Assembly (NCBI GenBank): GCA_013265495.1
Contig: MU058289.1
Coordinates: forward strand, 620,001 to 684,000
Origin: Vicugna vicugna
Taxonomy: Eukaryota
Direction of reading: 5' to 3'
Length of the DNA stretch: 64,000 bases
Part shown: piece after piece, positions 43,810-55,561 of the stretch
How positions within the stretch are numbered: position 1 is the first letter of the stretch
How the letters are laid out: each line of letters opens with the position of its first letter
Translations under genes and position numbers: made by a program
Notes under the pieces: generated by a model
Database searches by the model: none
Seen by the model: the letters and a program-made list of their open reading frames with translations, nothing else
Told to the model about the DNA's origin: nothing

Positions 43810-46500
43810 CCAATGATGGTAGATTGAATACCCGTGTCTCCTTTGCCTCCCTCCTGAAATCACAGTGTATGTGACAGTAAAGAGATCTTTTTGAAAGGCA
43901 CTAGACCCATAAAGGCAGGGAGTGGAAAAGAGGATGCAATCGTGCCAAGATTTTGGAAGTTGGAAAGCAGATAAATAAGTGCTAACTGGTCACTGACTTG
44001 GCAGACCCATGAAAGTTGAATCCCAAGCCAGTAGTGAGAAAAGCCAAGACTCAACCAAGTTTCTGCTGCAGAGCCCACAGAAGGCTCACCAGCTAGAGGC
44101 AACAGGTGCCTCTGGAAATGGGGGTGAAGGGCAAGCTGGCATAAGGAAGATAGTTGAAAGTTTATTTGAAAAGAACCCCCAGATCTCTTCCGCAGTTTCC
44201 TGATGCGAAGCTACTCCCCCCTCATCCAGGAAAAGACTGGAGTTTTATTCTTGGAAGAGGAGAACACAAAGGATCTTTCAAATGTGGGCTACCAGATGCA
44301 GTTGGAAGAGGAAGCAACATAATGTAAATCAGAGATTAAAGGAATGCTGTATGTTGAGACCCTCCTCCCCTAGCTGTCTTTTCCATTTGACTCATACATT
44401 TCTGGCAGTCCAACTTTCACCCTCAAGGCAGAAGATTAGAAGAGTCTTCTCTGGGAAATTTGACCAGTCCAAGAAGAAACACCGTAAGTATTGACATTGG
44501 AGGTTCCCCAACTAGATGACCCGCTGAATCACCCTATGATGAAGCCTAATATGTGTGCTCACAGCTTCCGTTCATGGTTCAGTACCTATGGAAGGTAGTC
44601 TCCAAGATGGCCCCAGTGATCCCACCTCCTTGTATTCTCGTGTAACTCACTCTCCCTTTGAAAATGGGCTCAGCAAAAAAGATGAAAGGTCACTTTGAAG
44701 ATTAGGTTTATAAAGAGACTATCTCCCATCTTGTCCTTTCTTGCTTTCTTGCTTGCTTGCTCTGGTGGAAGCCAGCTGCCCTATGGAAAGGCCCACATGC
44801 TAAGGGACTGAGGGAGGCCTCCAGCCCACAGCCAGCAAGGAACTGAAGCCCTCAGTCCAAAAACCCTCAAGGAACTTAACTCTGCCAGCAACCACATTTT
44901 TATTGTGAATATTTTCAAGTATGATTAAAAGCAGGGGAAATACAACAGTAGAATCTTGTCCATCACCCAGATTCAACATTTATGGAGATTTTGCCATATT
45001 CCATTCTTTTTTTTTTTCCTTTTCTGCCTTTAAATCAAACCCTAGACATCATGTCATGTTATTTTTATTTACTTTTTTATATATCTCAGGAAAAGTCTCC
45101 TTCCTTCTCTTTAAGATGAGCAGACAACCAAGTTTTACCAGATATCCAATGACAACTTCTGACATAAAGGATAGAGACCAATACCAAAAAAAGGCAACTG
45201 GGAGCAAGGAGATGAAAATTCCTCAAAGAAATCCAAGTGGATATCACAACCATGAAATAAGGTCAAGAATAAAAGAGAGTACTTGGATATGAAACGTGAT
45301 AGCAAAAAGGAAAAATGAAACAGAAGGGCTGGAAGATAAACCTGAGGAAATCTCACAGAAAGTAGCACAAATGGCATGTGGGAAAGAAGGGAAATTTCGT
45401 GGGCCAGTCTAGGAGGTCCAGGATCCCCCAAATAATAGGAGTCTCAGAAAGAGAGAAAAGAGAAACCAAAGGGAAATAATCACAAAATGTTTTAAGAGAA
45501 TTTCCCCAAATTTAAAGATATTATTGTGCAGATTGAAAGAGTCCAAGTGCCTTGTGCAGCAGATGAAATTTTGGAATGCTTGTGAGAAAGCTGAAGGACC
45601 TTACAAGCCTCCAGTGAGGGGAAGATGGGCCATCATCAAGGAATCAGGAATCAGAAGGTCTTGGGAACTTTCAGCAAGACTGGAAGCCAGACAGCAGTAT
45701 GGCAGTGCCTTGAAAATTCTGAAGAAAAATGATTTCCAATCTAGAATTCCACACCTAACCCTTATCAATTAATAAGCATGAATGTAGAATAAAGACATTT
45801 TCTGACAAGCAGAGTCTCAAAACATTTACTTTCTAGAGAAGTTGTTAGAGGACATAAACCAAGAAAGAGATGCAAGAGCAGAGAAGCAAAAAGCATTCTC
45901 AATTTAAAAACATCCAGGGGTCAGCTATACACCTGGCATAAACCACCACCAGTTCAGACTGGAGCAGAAAGTTCCAGGAGAGATCTCTTCAAGAAGATGG
46001 AATCTCCTCCTGTTAACTCTGAACATCTTGAGAGGAGATAAGACAATTGGCAAAGAGTTTGGGTGGAATCAGTGATAAGTATGTCAAAAACTAAGAAAAT
46101 GAAAAATAAGACAACTATTAATTCTGGGAGAGGGGAAAGTTGTGCAGGATATTAAAAAATCATTGTTTGCCGTAGAGCTCCATTCTTTACATAGTCACAG
46201 TACTGTAAACATTGAGTATTGTTCTGACACCACTAAGATGTAATTATATTATCATGATACAGAGTGGGAAGGGCGCACACGTACTTATGTATTAGAGAGA
46301 GCCACAGGGAGAAATTAACAGATAAAACCTGATAATTGAAAAAAACGAGAAAGTAAAGTGAAATAAGTAAGTTCCGTACAGACATGAGGGATAAATATTT
46401 AGTTGAAAAGAGGTGAAACTTTCCTACAGGAAGGGGTAAATGAGCTGATGGGACAAGAGGGTGAGGGATGCTGTTTTTCACAGCAAACCATCTGACTCAT
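43810..46500 (+). mobile_element. Ancient L1M 5'/ORF1-region remnant with an MLT1-type LTR piece (about 44590-44900) inside; limits approximate
   Basis: A-rich strand bias; ORF1-like remnant LEARQQYGSALKILKKNDFQSRIPH at about 45680-45755; MLT1-like gccagcaaggaactgaagccctcagtcc. Confidence 0.55.
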
Positions 46501-49500
46501 TCAACCTCATGCATGTATCTCTTTTATAAAAATTGCAAGTAAGATGATACCGGAGAGTGATCAATGCAGGAAAGTCTGTAACTCAGGATATGAGTGAGTG
46601 TTCCAGAGGGAGGCAATTTTGGACCAGACTGAGGAGAAAGCCCTGGGAGCAAATGAAATTTAAGTCACAGGCAGCCTGAAGGATGGGGACTCAGCCATGT
46701 GAAAATCTTGGGAAGGAGGGCCTCCAGGAAAGGGGAACAGCAAGTGCAGAGGATCTGCAGGCAAGAGCAAGGTGTTGAGAGCACAGAGGAAGAATGAAGT
46801 GAGGAGGATGGGGCGCGGGGGAAGAGAGAGATGAGCTTTGGCAAATGGACCAATGTCAGATCATGCAGAGCCTTGCTGGCCACGGGAGGGCCTCAAGATT
46901 TATTCTGAGAGCCTTGCATGAGAAGCACTGGGAGGCTTCTAGGCAGAAAAATAGAATTTTAAAAGATCACTATGTATAAACATCTGCAGAGTGCTCGATG
47001 CTATTCTAAGTGTTTGTATGTACAATAATATTAAACTCACTTAATCCTCATAATAACATGAAGAAGTCTCTCCCTTTTTTTAGTCTGAAAATTAAAGCAC
47101 GGAGAAGTTGAGTTGCATAGCGTAAGAAGCCAAGATTCAGGCCCAGTTACTACGGCCCACTGACTCCGTGGAAACCCTTCTGGTTAGTCCAGCCTAGTCT
47201 AGACACGGTGATCCTCAACCCTCCAGGCTTCCCAAGCAGCTGGGAGCTGTAACCCAAAAAAAGTGCCCAAATGCACTGAAATTTTTAGACACTCCTCAGG
47301 TGGCTCTGAAGTACAGCCAGGGATGAGAATCTTCCGGCTGGAGGCTTTCGAAGATTCGCCAGAGTTCCACGATTCTGTTGTCATGCCTCCATCTCTGTTC
47401 CAGGCGGCATGAGGCTGCTCCTGGTGACCTCCTCGGCCTCCCGCCCCTGCCTCTCCCCAGCCACCACTGCTTCCCAGAACCCAGCTCTCCCCCCGGGCTT
47501 CTCTCCACTCTGCCCTCGGCGCTCAGGTGTCTTGTACCACTTCTGCATCCTTCCTTTCCTTGGAATCTCAGCAGTCAGTCACCTCCCTCCCCAGCGTTCT
47601 GTAGTGAACAAGTGCACTTTGCATGAATCACGTTTCCTGCCCTCCTTTCTCTTCCACAACCAGGTAACCGATTGAGAGAGAGAGAGAGTTTTGAGAGGGA
47701 GTCTGTAGTCCACACCAGGGTCCAGGGGTCAGAAGACCATCTTTATGAAGACTGACACACGGTCACTTGACATCTCTGAGCCTCAGTTGCCCTTGTTGTT
47801 AAGCAGGGGAAAGATTTGTGCTGTGCCTCCAATCACAAACCTCGAGGCCCCCTATGATCCGACCCTTGCCTGTCTCTCCACCATCACTCAGCCCCAGTCA
47901 CCCTGGCCTTTCAGTTCCTTGTGCAAATTCAACTTGTTCAAGCCTTGCGCTTGCCTTGAACCCTTTGCTCGGACTCTTGTTCCCTGCCTCCATTCTTGGC
48001 TTGCATGATTCCTTCTTGTCATTCCGGACATTTGCATCTCAAATGTCACCTTCAAGCAGCCTTCCCAAGCCACTCATCCATTGCTCAAGGTCATTGCCTG
48101 CCCCTGACTCTGTCTTACTGACAGCCCTTAGCACCACCCCAGAGTGTCTATTTTCTCCCTGTCTGCCTCTCCCACTGGAACTTGGACGGCGTGAGAGCAG
48201 GGGTCTTGTCCTTGTTCGCAGCTGTGTCTGTAGCACCTAGAGCAGGACCTGACACGTAGTAGGCCTGCACAGAGCTTTGTGGATGAATGAATGCCTACGT
48301 ATGATGATCTAATGTCTGCCATGGCATTTCAGAAATTCTAGACTGCTGTACACGAGTATGGGCTTTTTATTTAAAACATCTAGCTTTGGGAGTAGTATAT
48401 TTACTTTCCTAACACTGTTTCCTTGAGGCCAGTGTAGCTTGGGCAACAGATGGCAGGGGACAATGTTTGGGGAGAGGGAGCCTGAGGTTAGACTAGAGCC
48501 GTGGCCAGTCCCTCCTTGGGTAAGCTGCTGGTGGACAGTTGACCGCAGCCGTTGTTGGCTCCCCACCTCCACCACCTCACATCTTCTGCCTCATCAGACG
48601 CTCGAAACTTTACCAAGTGGGTTACTGGACTACAGTGTCTGAGGGCTTAGAGATCTTTGGCCCAATTTCCTGGTTGAATGTGCAACTTGTAGATGAGAAA
48701 TGTCATTTCCTGTGATCAGAGAAACAAATGAAATGGAAAAAAATGGGGCAGAAGTATTTAACCACAGGAGGTAGAGAAAGCTGAAAAAAAGACAGAGAGG
48801 GAGGGAGAGAGAAGGAGAGAGAACTAACAGAAACCTGGAGGGAGGGGGCAGGAAAGTTAAAGGGAGTGGAGTTGAAATCTCGGCCACGTGTTTGCCTTCA
48901 GCCCCTCTCTCCAGGCCCACCCATGCCTGCCTTCTCCGACCACAGTGTCCCCCACAAAACCACACTGCATGGGAGCTCAGGCTGTGTCATCAGATGAGAA
49001 TTTCTGAGGAAGGGGCACACCAGCATCTTTTCCAGAAAGGGGAAGTGAAATAGGCAATGCAGGGTTCTCATTTCCTGATGGTGGCCCCCCACCCCCACCC
49101 CGGGGGCAGCCTCAGCCAGCTCCCTCCACCCCTGTTTCCTGGTAGCGGCTCTGGGCTGCTGTCTGTGTTACTCATTAACCAGGCACTAATATTTCTGTTT
49201 ACCCATCTGTCATCCTGCAGGGGATTCAGAGGAGTCCCACAATCTAAGCAGCCACCCAGATCCTCTTGGGTCAGGCCCAGCCAGCCACATTTAGCTCGTG
49301 TTTATTCAGTGTCAAAAGTCCTGTGCCAGAGCCCTGAACTATATGTAGCCAGGGAGAGAGAAAGTTTTCTCAGGTAGGTTGTGATCCGCCTGCTGGTTGT
49401 GCCTGTGTGCTGGGAGGTGCCTCCAGCGATGTGCTTGAGCTCGCTTAGAAGTGTGGTTTATTAGCATGGCTGGCCAAACCCATGTTCAGGGTCTTCACAT

Positions 49501-50060
49501 GGATAGAAACTGACCCTGGAGGGGGATGTATGCCATCGAAGTTGGCAGGTGCTGCAGGTCAGGACCTGTGCTACCCTCTGCCCTCAGCCCCCGAACCCCC
49601 ATCCCAAGAACTGTTTGTTAAACATTGCCGGCACACACTGGGGACATCTATTTATCAAATAGATGCATGGTAACTTATAAGGCCCCCTCCTGGCTATTTG
49701 GTTCTTGGTCGGCCAGTTCTAATGAAAGAAGAAATAGCCCCCACTTTCAGGGAGCTACCAGCCTGATGAAAACCCTCCGTGTTTGCTCCTTACTTTATGG
49801 CTCTTAACTCTGCTGTGCATATTATCTCCTTGATCCTAACAACCATCTCCCTTTAGTGGTGGGCACAGATACCAGAGTGATCATCCTAAAATGGAAATCA
49901 GATTATTTCACTCTCCTGCGTAAAATCCTCAAATGGCTTCAGAAGCTCTTGGGATAAATTCATTCTTCTCTTTGGGGCGTAAAACACTTTGCATGGTCCG
50001 GTCCCTGCCGACTTCCTTGACTTCTTCTTTCACTCTCTTCCCATTCACAGTTTTCCAGCC

Positions 50061-50247
50061 CAGTGGTTCTCAAAGTGCGACCCCTGAACCACCAGCATCG
50101 GTATCCCCTGGGATTGTTGGAAATACAAACTCTTGGGTCCTGTGCCAGACCTATTGATTCTGAAACTGTTCGGAGGGAAGACTGCAATCTGTGCTTCAGC
50201 AAATCCTCCATGTGATCCTAATACATGTATGAGTTTGCAGACCGCTG
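50061..50247. mobile_element. MER5A hAT DNA transposon inside an L2
   Basis: CAGTGGTTCTCAAAGTG...GTTTGCAGACCGCTG termini, 187 bp, hAT-like 8-bp flanks ttccagcc / ctctagca. Confidence 0.75.
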
Positions 50248-52698
50248 CTCTAGCACCACACTGGCCGCCTCTCTGCCCCTGAGATGCTCAGGTTTTCTCC
50301 CTCCTCCAGGGCTTTTGCACCAGTGGTTCCTGTTTCTAGAATGCTTTTCCCTTGGGCATTTGTATGCAACTCTTTCTCATTGTTCAGATCTCAGCTGACC
50401 ACCATTGCCTCAGGAGAATCTTCTAAAACTTCTCAACCCCTCTTTATGCTTTCTTCCGTATCCCTATTTTGGTCCACATTCTGAAATTACCTTGTTGTTT
50501 GTTTACTTGTTTATTAACGATTTTTTCCCCACTAGAATGGAAGTCCCAGGAGGGCAGGTACCTTGTCTCTCATACAATCTGCATCCTCAGCGCCTAGGAA
50601 AGTATCTGGCTTTTAGCAGATAAGTAGATAAAAACCAATACCTGTTTGTTGAGCAAGTGAATTACTAATTTCCCAGTAAAGAAAGTGACTTGATGAAGAT
50701 CAAATACTTGTTGGTGAGTAACTAAAGCTTCACCCTGAAAGTCTCAGACCAGGTCTGGAAGTTTTCTTGCACTTTTGAGCAGGCACAACCTGGTCCCTAA
50801 AATGGTGGGACTCTCCGAGTTGGAAGGGGTCTGGCAGTTCACTGGTTCAGCCCTAATCAGATGCGTGAGCTTCCTCCACGTCCCAAGTTGAGTGTTTTGT
50901 ATCTTCTACCTCAATATTCCTGGAGACCGGGAGTGATTACCTTGCTGAGCCCTGGCTGTTGAAGATGGAACCCCCTGCTGCTTTGGCCCATGGTCCCTGT
51001 TCTTCTCTTTGGGGCTGCAGAGAACGCGTCTTCTATAAAATGAACCTTATCTTGTTCCAGCCATGTGTTCAGCCTTCTCTTACTGGCTTCTTATATGCCA
51101 GTGAAAAAAGCAGGCACTTTGGAATCCGGAAGACCTGGATTCAAACTCCCTCGCACTATTGACCTTGGAAAGTGCCCTTAATTGTCTCAGGCTTCTTCCC
51201 TAGAACAGTGCCTGGCACTTAATGTGTATTGTTATTGTTATAATTATTATTATTAGGTTTTAAATCTCCAAAACATTTGGTCAATTTAGGGGCTTGATTC
51301 TTTTTAAGTTCACGTCCTTTTTACAAATGTGCTGCTTAGCGCTCGGCATGCTGCTGCTTATCCCCAGCACAGTGAGATTATCATCAGCTTGTTTGCACTC
51401 TGTTTCTTTTAATGCCCCCACCAAAATCAAATCAGCTTTTTGGGGGGGAAGGTGTAATATATCACAGATGCATAGGAAGCTCACAGTCAGCTGAAAATCA
51501 CAGATTTTTTTTTATACATTACTGTCAAACCATCCTATGTAGTTGACCATCTAATATGGTATTTCCATTATTTAAAATTTCTGCTTACTACGTTTCTTTT
51601 AAGTGGGAGTACGTCTGTGTTCAGATGGGTTGATATCTTAGAGCTAAATACCACTGTAATTTCCCAACAATTTAATCTACGCAGTCTCATTTGACTTCTC
51701 AGAATAACCCTGAGAGGCATGCAGTATCCTCATTATTATGGTTTGGAAACGGAGGCTGGAGGTTGTGACTTGCTCAAGGTCATCCAGTTAGTAATCAACA
51801 CTGAACTCAGTGCTCTTAAGACACCAGTCCGGTGTTGTTTTGAGGAAGGGAAACAGAAAATGAGCTCTCAGTTGAGTGGGAGTAAGAAAGGAAGCCTTTC
51901 TGGAGAAAGTGACTATTGAGTGTGGTTTTGCAAGAGGGGAAAAAGTAAGCAATCGGAAGATGGAGCCATGTGGGGTTTAGGTGAGGGGGACTTAAAAGTA
52001 GGGAAGGTCTCTGAAGAATAATTTCTTGGACAGATCGGGCCCCTGAACTAGGCTGGTGATTCCTGACCTCAGCTGCCTAGCATAATCACGTGGGCTGCTT
52101 TTTAAAGCTCGTCTGCTGGGCGGCACCCTCAGAGATTCCAAGTCAGTAGGGTTAGGGTGGCCATCTGTATTATTTTTATACGTTTGTGTGATATTCTGAT
52201 GTGTAGCCTCTGGTGCAAACCACTAGGGTAGGTGCTGGAGGGCCTATTAAGTAGAGAACGCGGTCTAGGGGTGCTTACTGCGGAGAAATGAGTTAGGCAA
52301 GTGGAACTGGGAAGGAAGAGAGGATACAAAGCTGGCAATGAGATGATACGATTTGAGTTCTTGGGAGGAAAACTTTTGATGATAGGAAAACTCTGCAGGT
52401 TTCTAAGTGGGAGGGTAAAATGTTTTAAGTCCCTGTGATACATTGATAGCTTTGAGCCAGGACTCACCTCATCCTCTTTCTGAGTCCAATCTCTATTCAT
52501 CAGTCTAAACAGGAGTCCATCAGTACTTACTCCATGACTCACTTACTCCACGTCTTTATCTTAACATATTTCTGTGGTTTCAGATGCACCGTCCTCTCCC
52601 TTTGCTGCAGGGTCTGGTTCTCTATCCCATTTTTGCCCTCCTTTTGCTTGCAAAAATGTTACAAAAATTGTGGACACTCTCTTCAGTGTTTTATACTC

Positions 52699-52704
52699 TT
52701 TATT
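52699..52704 (-). terminator. FFAR2: Candidate FFAR2 polyadenylation signal
   Basis: TTTATT (minus-strand AATAAA) about 690 nt past the FFAR2 stop. Confidence 0.5.
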
Positions 52705-53389
52705 TTCAATCTGCCACCCCAGACTGTCTTTTCCTGTGCTAGTCAGTGATGGCCTCTAACTGATGGGTGCCAGGCTGGATTCTGACCTGTGGGTGGCACC
52801 ATGGAGGGAGAAGATAAGACCCAGACCTCAGGTGGCTCCCAGATTAATGGGGGTGACAAAACACACACACACGGTGACGACTGGATCATACTTACAAAGC
52901 AGCGGGTCAGATGGACACCGTCCACACCTAGATCATTAGAGGTCTGAGCCCCAGTCCTCCCTCCTAGTCCCCTTGGTTCACAACCTTCCTACATCTTCTT
53001 TGACCTCCTTTTCTATTTCTCTTCCATCTCTTTCCCGTTGGCTTCTTTCCAGCACCAACAGCTAGGCCAGTGTGTGGGTGGTGTTTAGCAAGAGATTGCG
53101 TTAGGACTCTCTCCTTCAGCTCCTGACCACCTCACAATGACTGAATTCGTATTACCTACATTGCTTCTGAAACTCTGGTCTGATAGTGCTTCTAGGCCCA
53201 ACCATTTTCTTCTTTAGTCTTGGAGCTGTGTTCCTTTGGGAAGGAAAATTCAGACAGGAAGGGATACCAAACCAGTGAGACAGATTTTGACAGTCCCAGC
53301 ATCGGATTGGGTCTGAGGATTCCTGAATCTGAGACAGGAACCCTCACGCTCTCCCTCTTCCGGCCTGCTCAACTCATCCAGGGACATCC

Positions 53390-54385
53390 CTAGTCCGTGG
53401 TGAAGTCAGAACTTGGCCCTCCTTCTGCTTGACTCACAGCCCTGTCCCCATTCGCCACCGCCACCTCTGCTGTCTGCCTGCCTCTGCGTCCCAGCAGGGA
53501 GGAGCCCTGATGCCGCAGTGCCTGCAGCCCTTTCCCAAAGGTCCTGCGCACGACCGAAGAAGAGAAATAGAAAAGCAGGGGGTCCAGACCGGCATTGAGG
53601 GAACTGAATACCACAGCTTCCGCCCGCCATTTGGGGCTTTCCTTCATGTGAAACCCCACCAGGTGGGAGATGTTATAGGGCCCGAAGCACACCAGGAAAT
53701 TAAGGAGCGAAACGACAGCCAGCCCCACCGCTCGGCGCCGCCTCTGGGTCCCCACATGGGGCTGGGTGAGCATGATCCACACAAAGCGCCAGTAGCAGAA
53801 GATGGTGACCACCATGGGGATGAAGAAGAGGACGAGGCACAGCTCCAGCCGCACAGGAAGCACCAGGCGCAGCTGCTCTCGGGTGAAGTTCACATAGCAG
53901 GTAGTCTCGCTCACATCTGTGGCCCTCTGGGTTGAGTTCAAGTACTGAACGATGATCACGACGGTGCAGTGACCAAACGACAAGATCCAGGCGACCAGCA
54001 CAGCAATGACCCCGTACAGGGGCCGGCGGGACAGCTTGTACCGCACGGGGAAGGCCACTCCCAGGTAGCGCTCCAGGCTGATGCCCGCCAGGAGCCACGT
54101 GCTGCAGTAGGTGCTGCTGTAGAAGCCGAAGCCCATGAGGGCGCAGACCAGCTTGGGCAGATACCAGCGGAAGTCAGATGCCGCCTCGATGATCTTAAAG
54201 GGCAGCAGCAGCAGCAGCAGGAGGTCCGCCAGCGTCAGGCTGAGCAGGAGGATGTGGATGGGGGCAGGGTTAGGCTGGCGGACCCGCCCCACGAAGGCCC
54301 GCAGGGCCAGGAGGTTGGCAGGGAGACCGATGAAGAAGATGACGATATAGGCTGCGAGGATCAAGGAGTTGTGCAAGTTGGGCAT
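53390..54385 (-). CDS. FFAR2: Free fatty acid receptor 2 (GPR43), class A 7TM GPCR, 331 aa, intact
   Basis: GLPANLLAL, LTLADL, ERY, CFGPYN, LDPLLFYF motifs; carboxylate-binding R179/H241/R254 and H139 present; acceptor tctctcaccctcttccag 7 nt before the ATG; synteny with KRTDAP. Confidence 0.97.
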   Translation of the reverse strand: MPNLHNSLILAAYIVIFFIGLPANLLALRAFVGRVRQPNPAPIHILLLSLTLADLLLLLLLPFKIIEAASDFRWYLPKLVCALMGFGFYSSTYCSTWLLAGISLERYLGVAFPVRYKLSRRPLYGVIAVLVAWILSFGHCTVVIIVQYLNSTQRATDVSETTCYVNFTREQLRLVLPVRLELCLVLFFIPMVVTIFCYWRFVWIMLTQPHVGTQRRRRAVGLAVVSLLNFLVCFGPYNISHLVGFHMKESPKWRAEAVVFSSLNAGLDPLLFYFSSSVVRRTFGKGLQALRHQGSSLLGRRGRQTAEVAVANGDRAVSQAEGGPSSDFTTD

Positions 54386-55534
54386 GACTGTTCTGGAAGA
54401 GGGTGAGAGAGGGCAGGGTCAGGAGGCCCCACGCACAGTCTGCAGACCCTCCTCTGGGTCAGTCTGCGGACATCCTCCCAGGCGCTGTCCTTTCCCCAGG
54501 TCATGGCTTTCTGCTGTTACTACTGCTTGCTCACACCACCTGCCAGAACTGCCCAGAGCAATTATTGACTTTGCCTGGGGCGGGATATTAAGCAGTGGTT
54601 ATTACATTTGCCATCCTGTGTCTCTGGGGAGACCAACCCTTGGCTTCCCAAGGGAATTCCCCCTCCGGTTTTCCCAGCCTCTCTCCTCTCCTCACAGACA
54701 CAGGAAGTTACTGTTTTCCGTTTCGAACTTTCTTAAGCCGTTTCCTCAGTCAGAGACCTGCAGAGAGAAAAGGCAAGCCTCACCACAGCGAGGAGGGAGC
54801 TGTAAGACGCCTCTCAGGAGAACTCAGGCTGTGAAAACCCAGGCCGGGCCACCCTGCGCTGGTTTCTCCTCAGGACCCCGCTGCCCGCCCAGGAAGCAGG
54901 TGCCCAGCCCCCAGCCCATCTCCCTACCTGCTTTCCTCTCCTTTTGCGGAACGAAGGCGCTCCTCCACCTTTGCCTCCCCTGTCCAGTACTGACCCTGGG
55001 GCTGTATTGAAAAGGGGAGCCTAGTGAAACACGGTCCTTTGGGGCTGGTCCCCCAAAAGACTCCAGAGAATGTTCAGAGAAGAACACAGGTGGTAACTGG
55101 CTCCTGAGCCTGGTGTTTTGACAATAAACAGAGGAATTCTTCTTAATGGGGTAACTTGGTTTCCACTTGGTTTGTGACCCTCGCTGCCCACACACAGTCA
55201 GGCCCCTCCATCCTCTCTCCAGGCTTAGGGGCTGGTCCGCGTTTCCTTGCCCCCGCTGGCTCTGTCTGTGGATATGATCTTTGCATTTGGTTTCCAGCAG
55301 ACTTCCTCCAGCTCCCCCCAACATTTCCCCTCCAGTTCTGATCCCGGCATCACTTCCCAGAGCGCAAGCACTAAGCTAGCAGCCTTGCCTTGTCTTTGTT
55401 CCGGATAGATGGCTCCTTGGGATTTGTCCTGAAGGAAAGTCTGAAAGCTCCTGGAAAAGAGGAACAGAGCTTTAGCCACTGCTACTGCCCATTTCACACA
55501 GGAAAAACTTGTAAGGAACCTGGCTGGCAGAAAG

Positions 55535-55561
55535 CTTTTATACAAGCCCAAGTCACATGAC
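55535..55561 (-). promoter_or_regulatory. FFAR2: Candidate FFAR2 core promoter
   Basis: Minus-strand TATAAAAG at 55535-55542 and near-palindromic E-box GTCACATGAC 55552-55561, about 1.15 kb upstream of the ATG. Confidence 0.5.

Noticed and set aside
28500..53300. Additional FFAR2-like, KRAB-ZNF or cluster paralog genes in the intergenic region
   Set aside because: No 7TM, KRAB, zinc-finger, signal-peptide or F[IL]NW exon found by eye; a highly decayed pseudogene cannot be excluded without TBLASTN
53406..55010. ORFs overlapping or antisense to FFAR2 (168, 145, 132, 213 aa)
   Set aside because: Expected shadow frames of a GC-rich CDS; no recognisable domains
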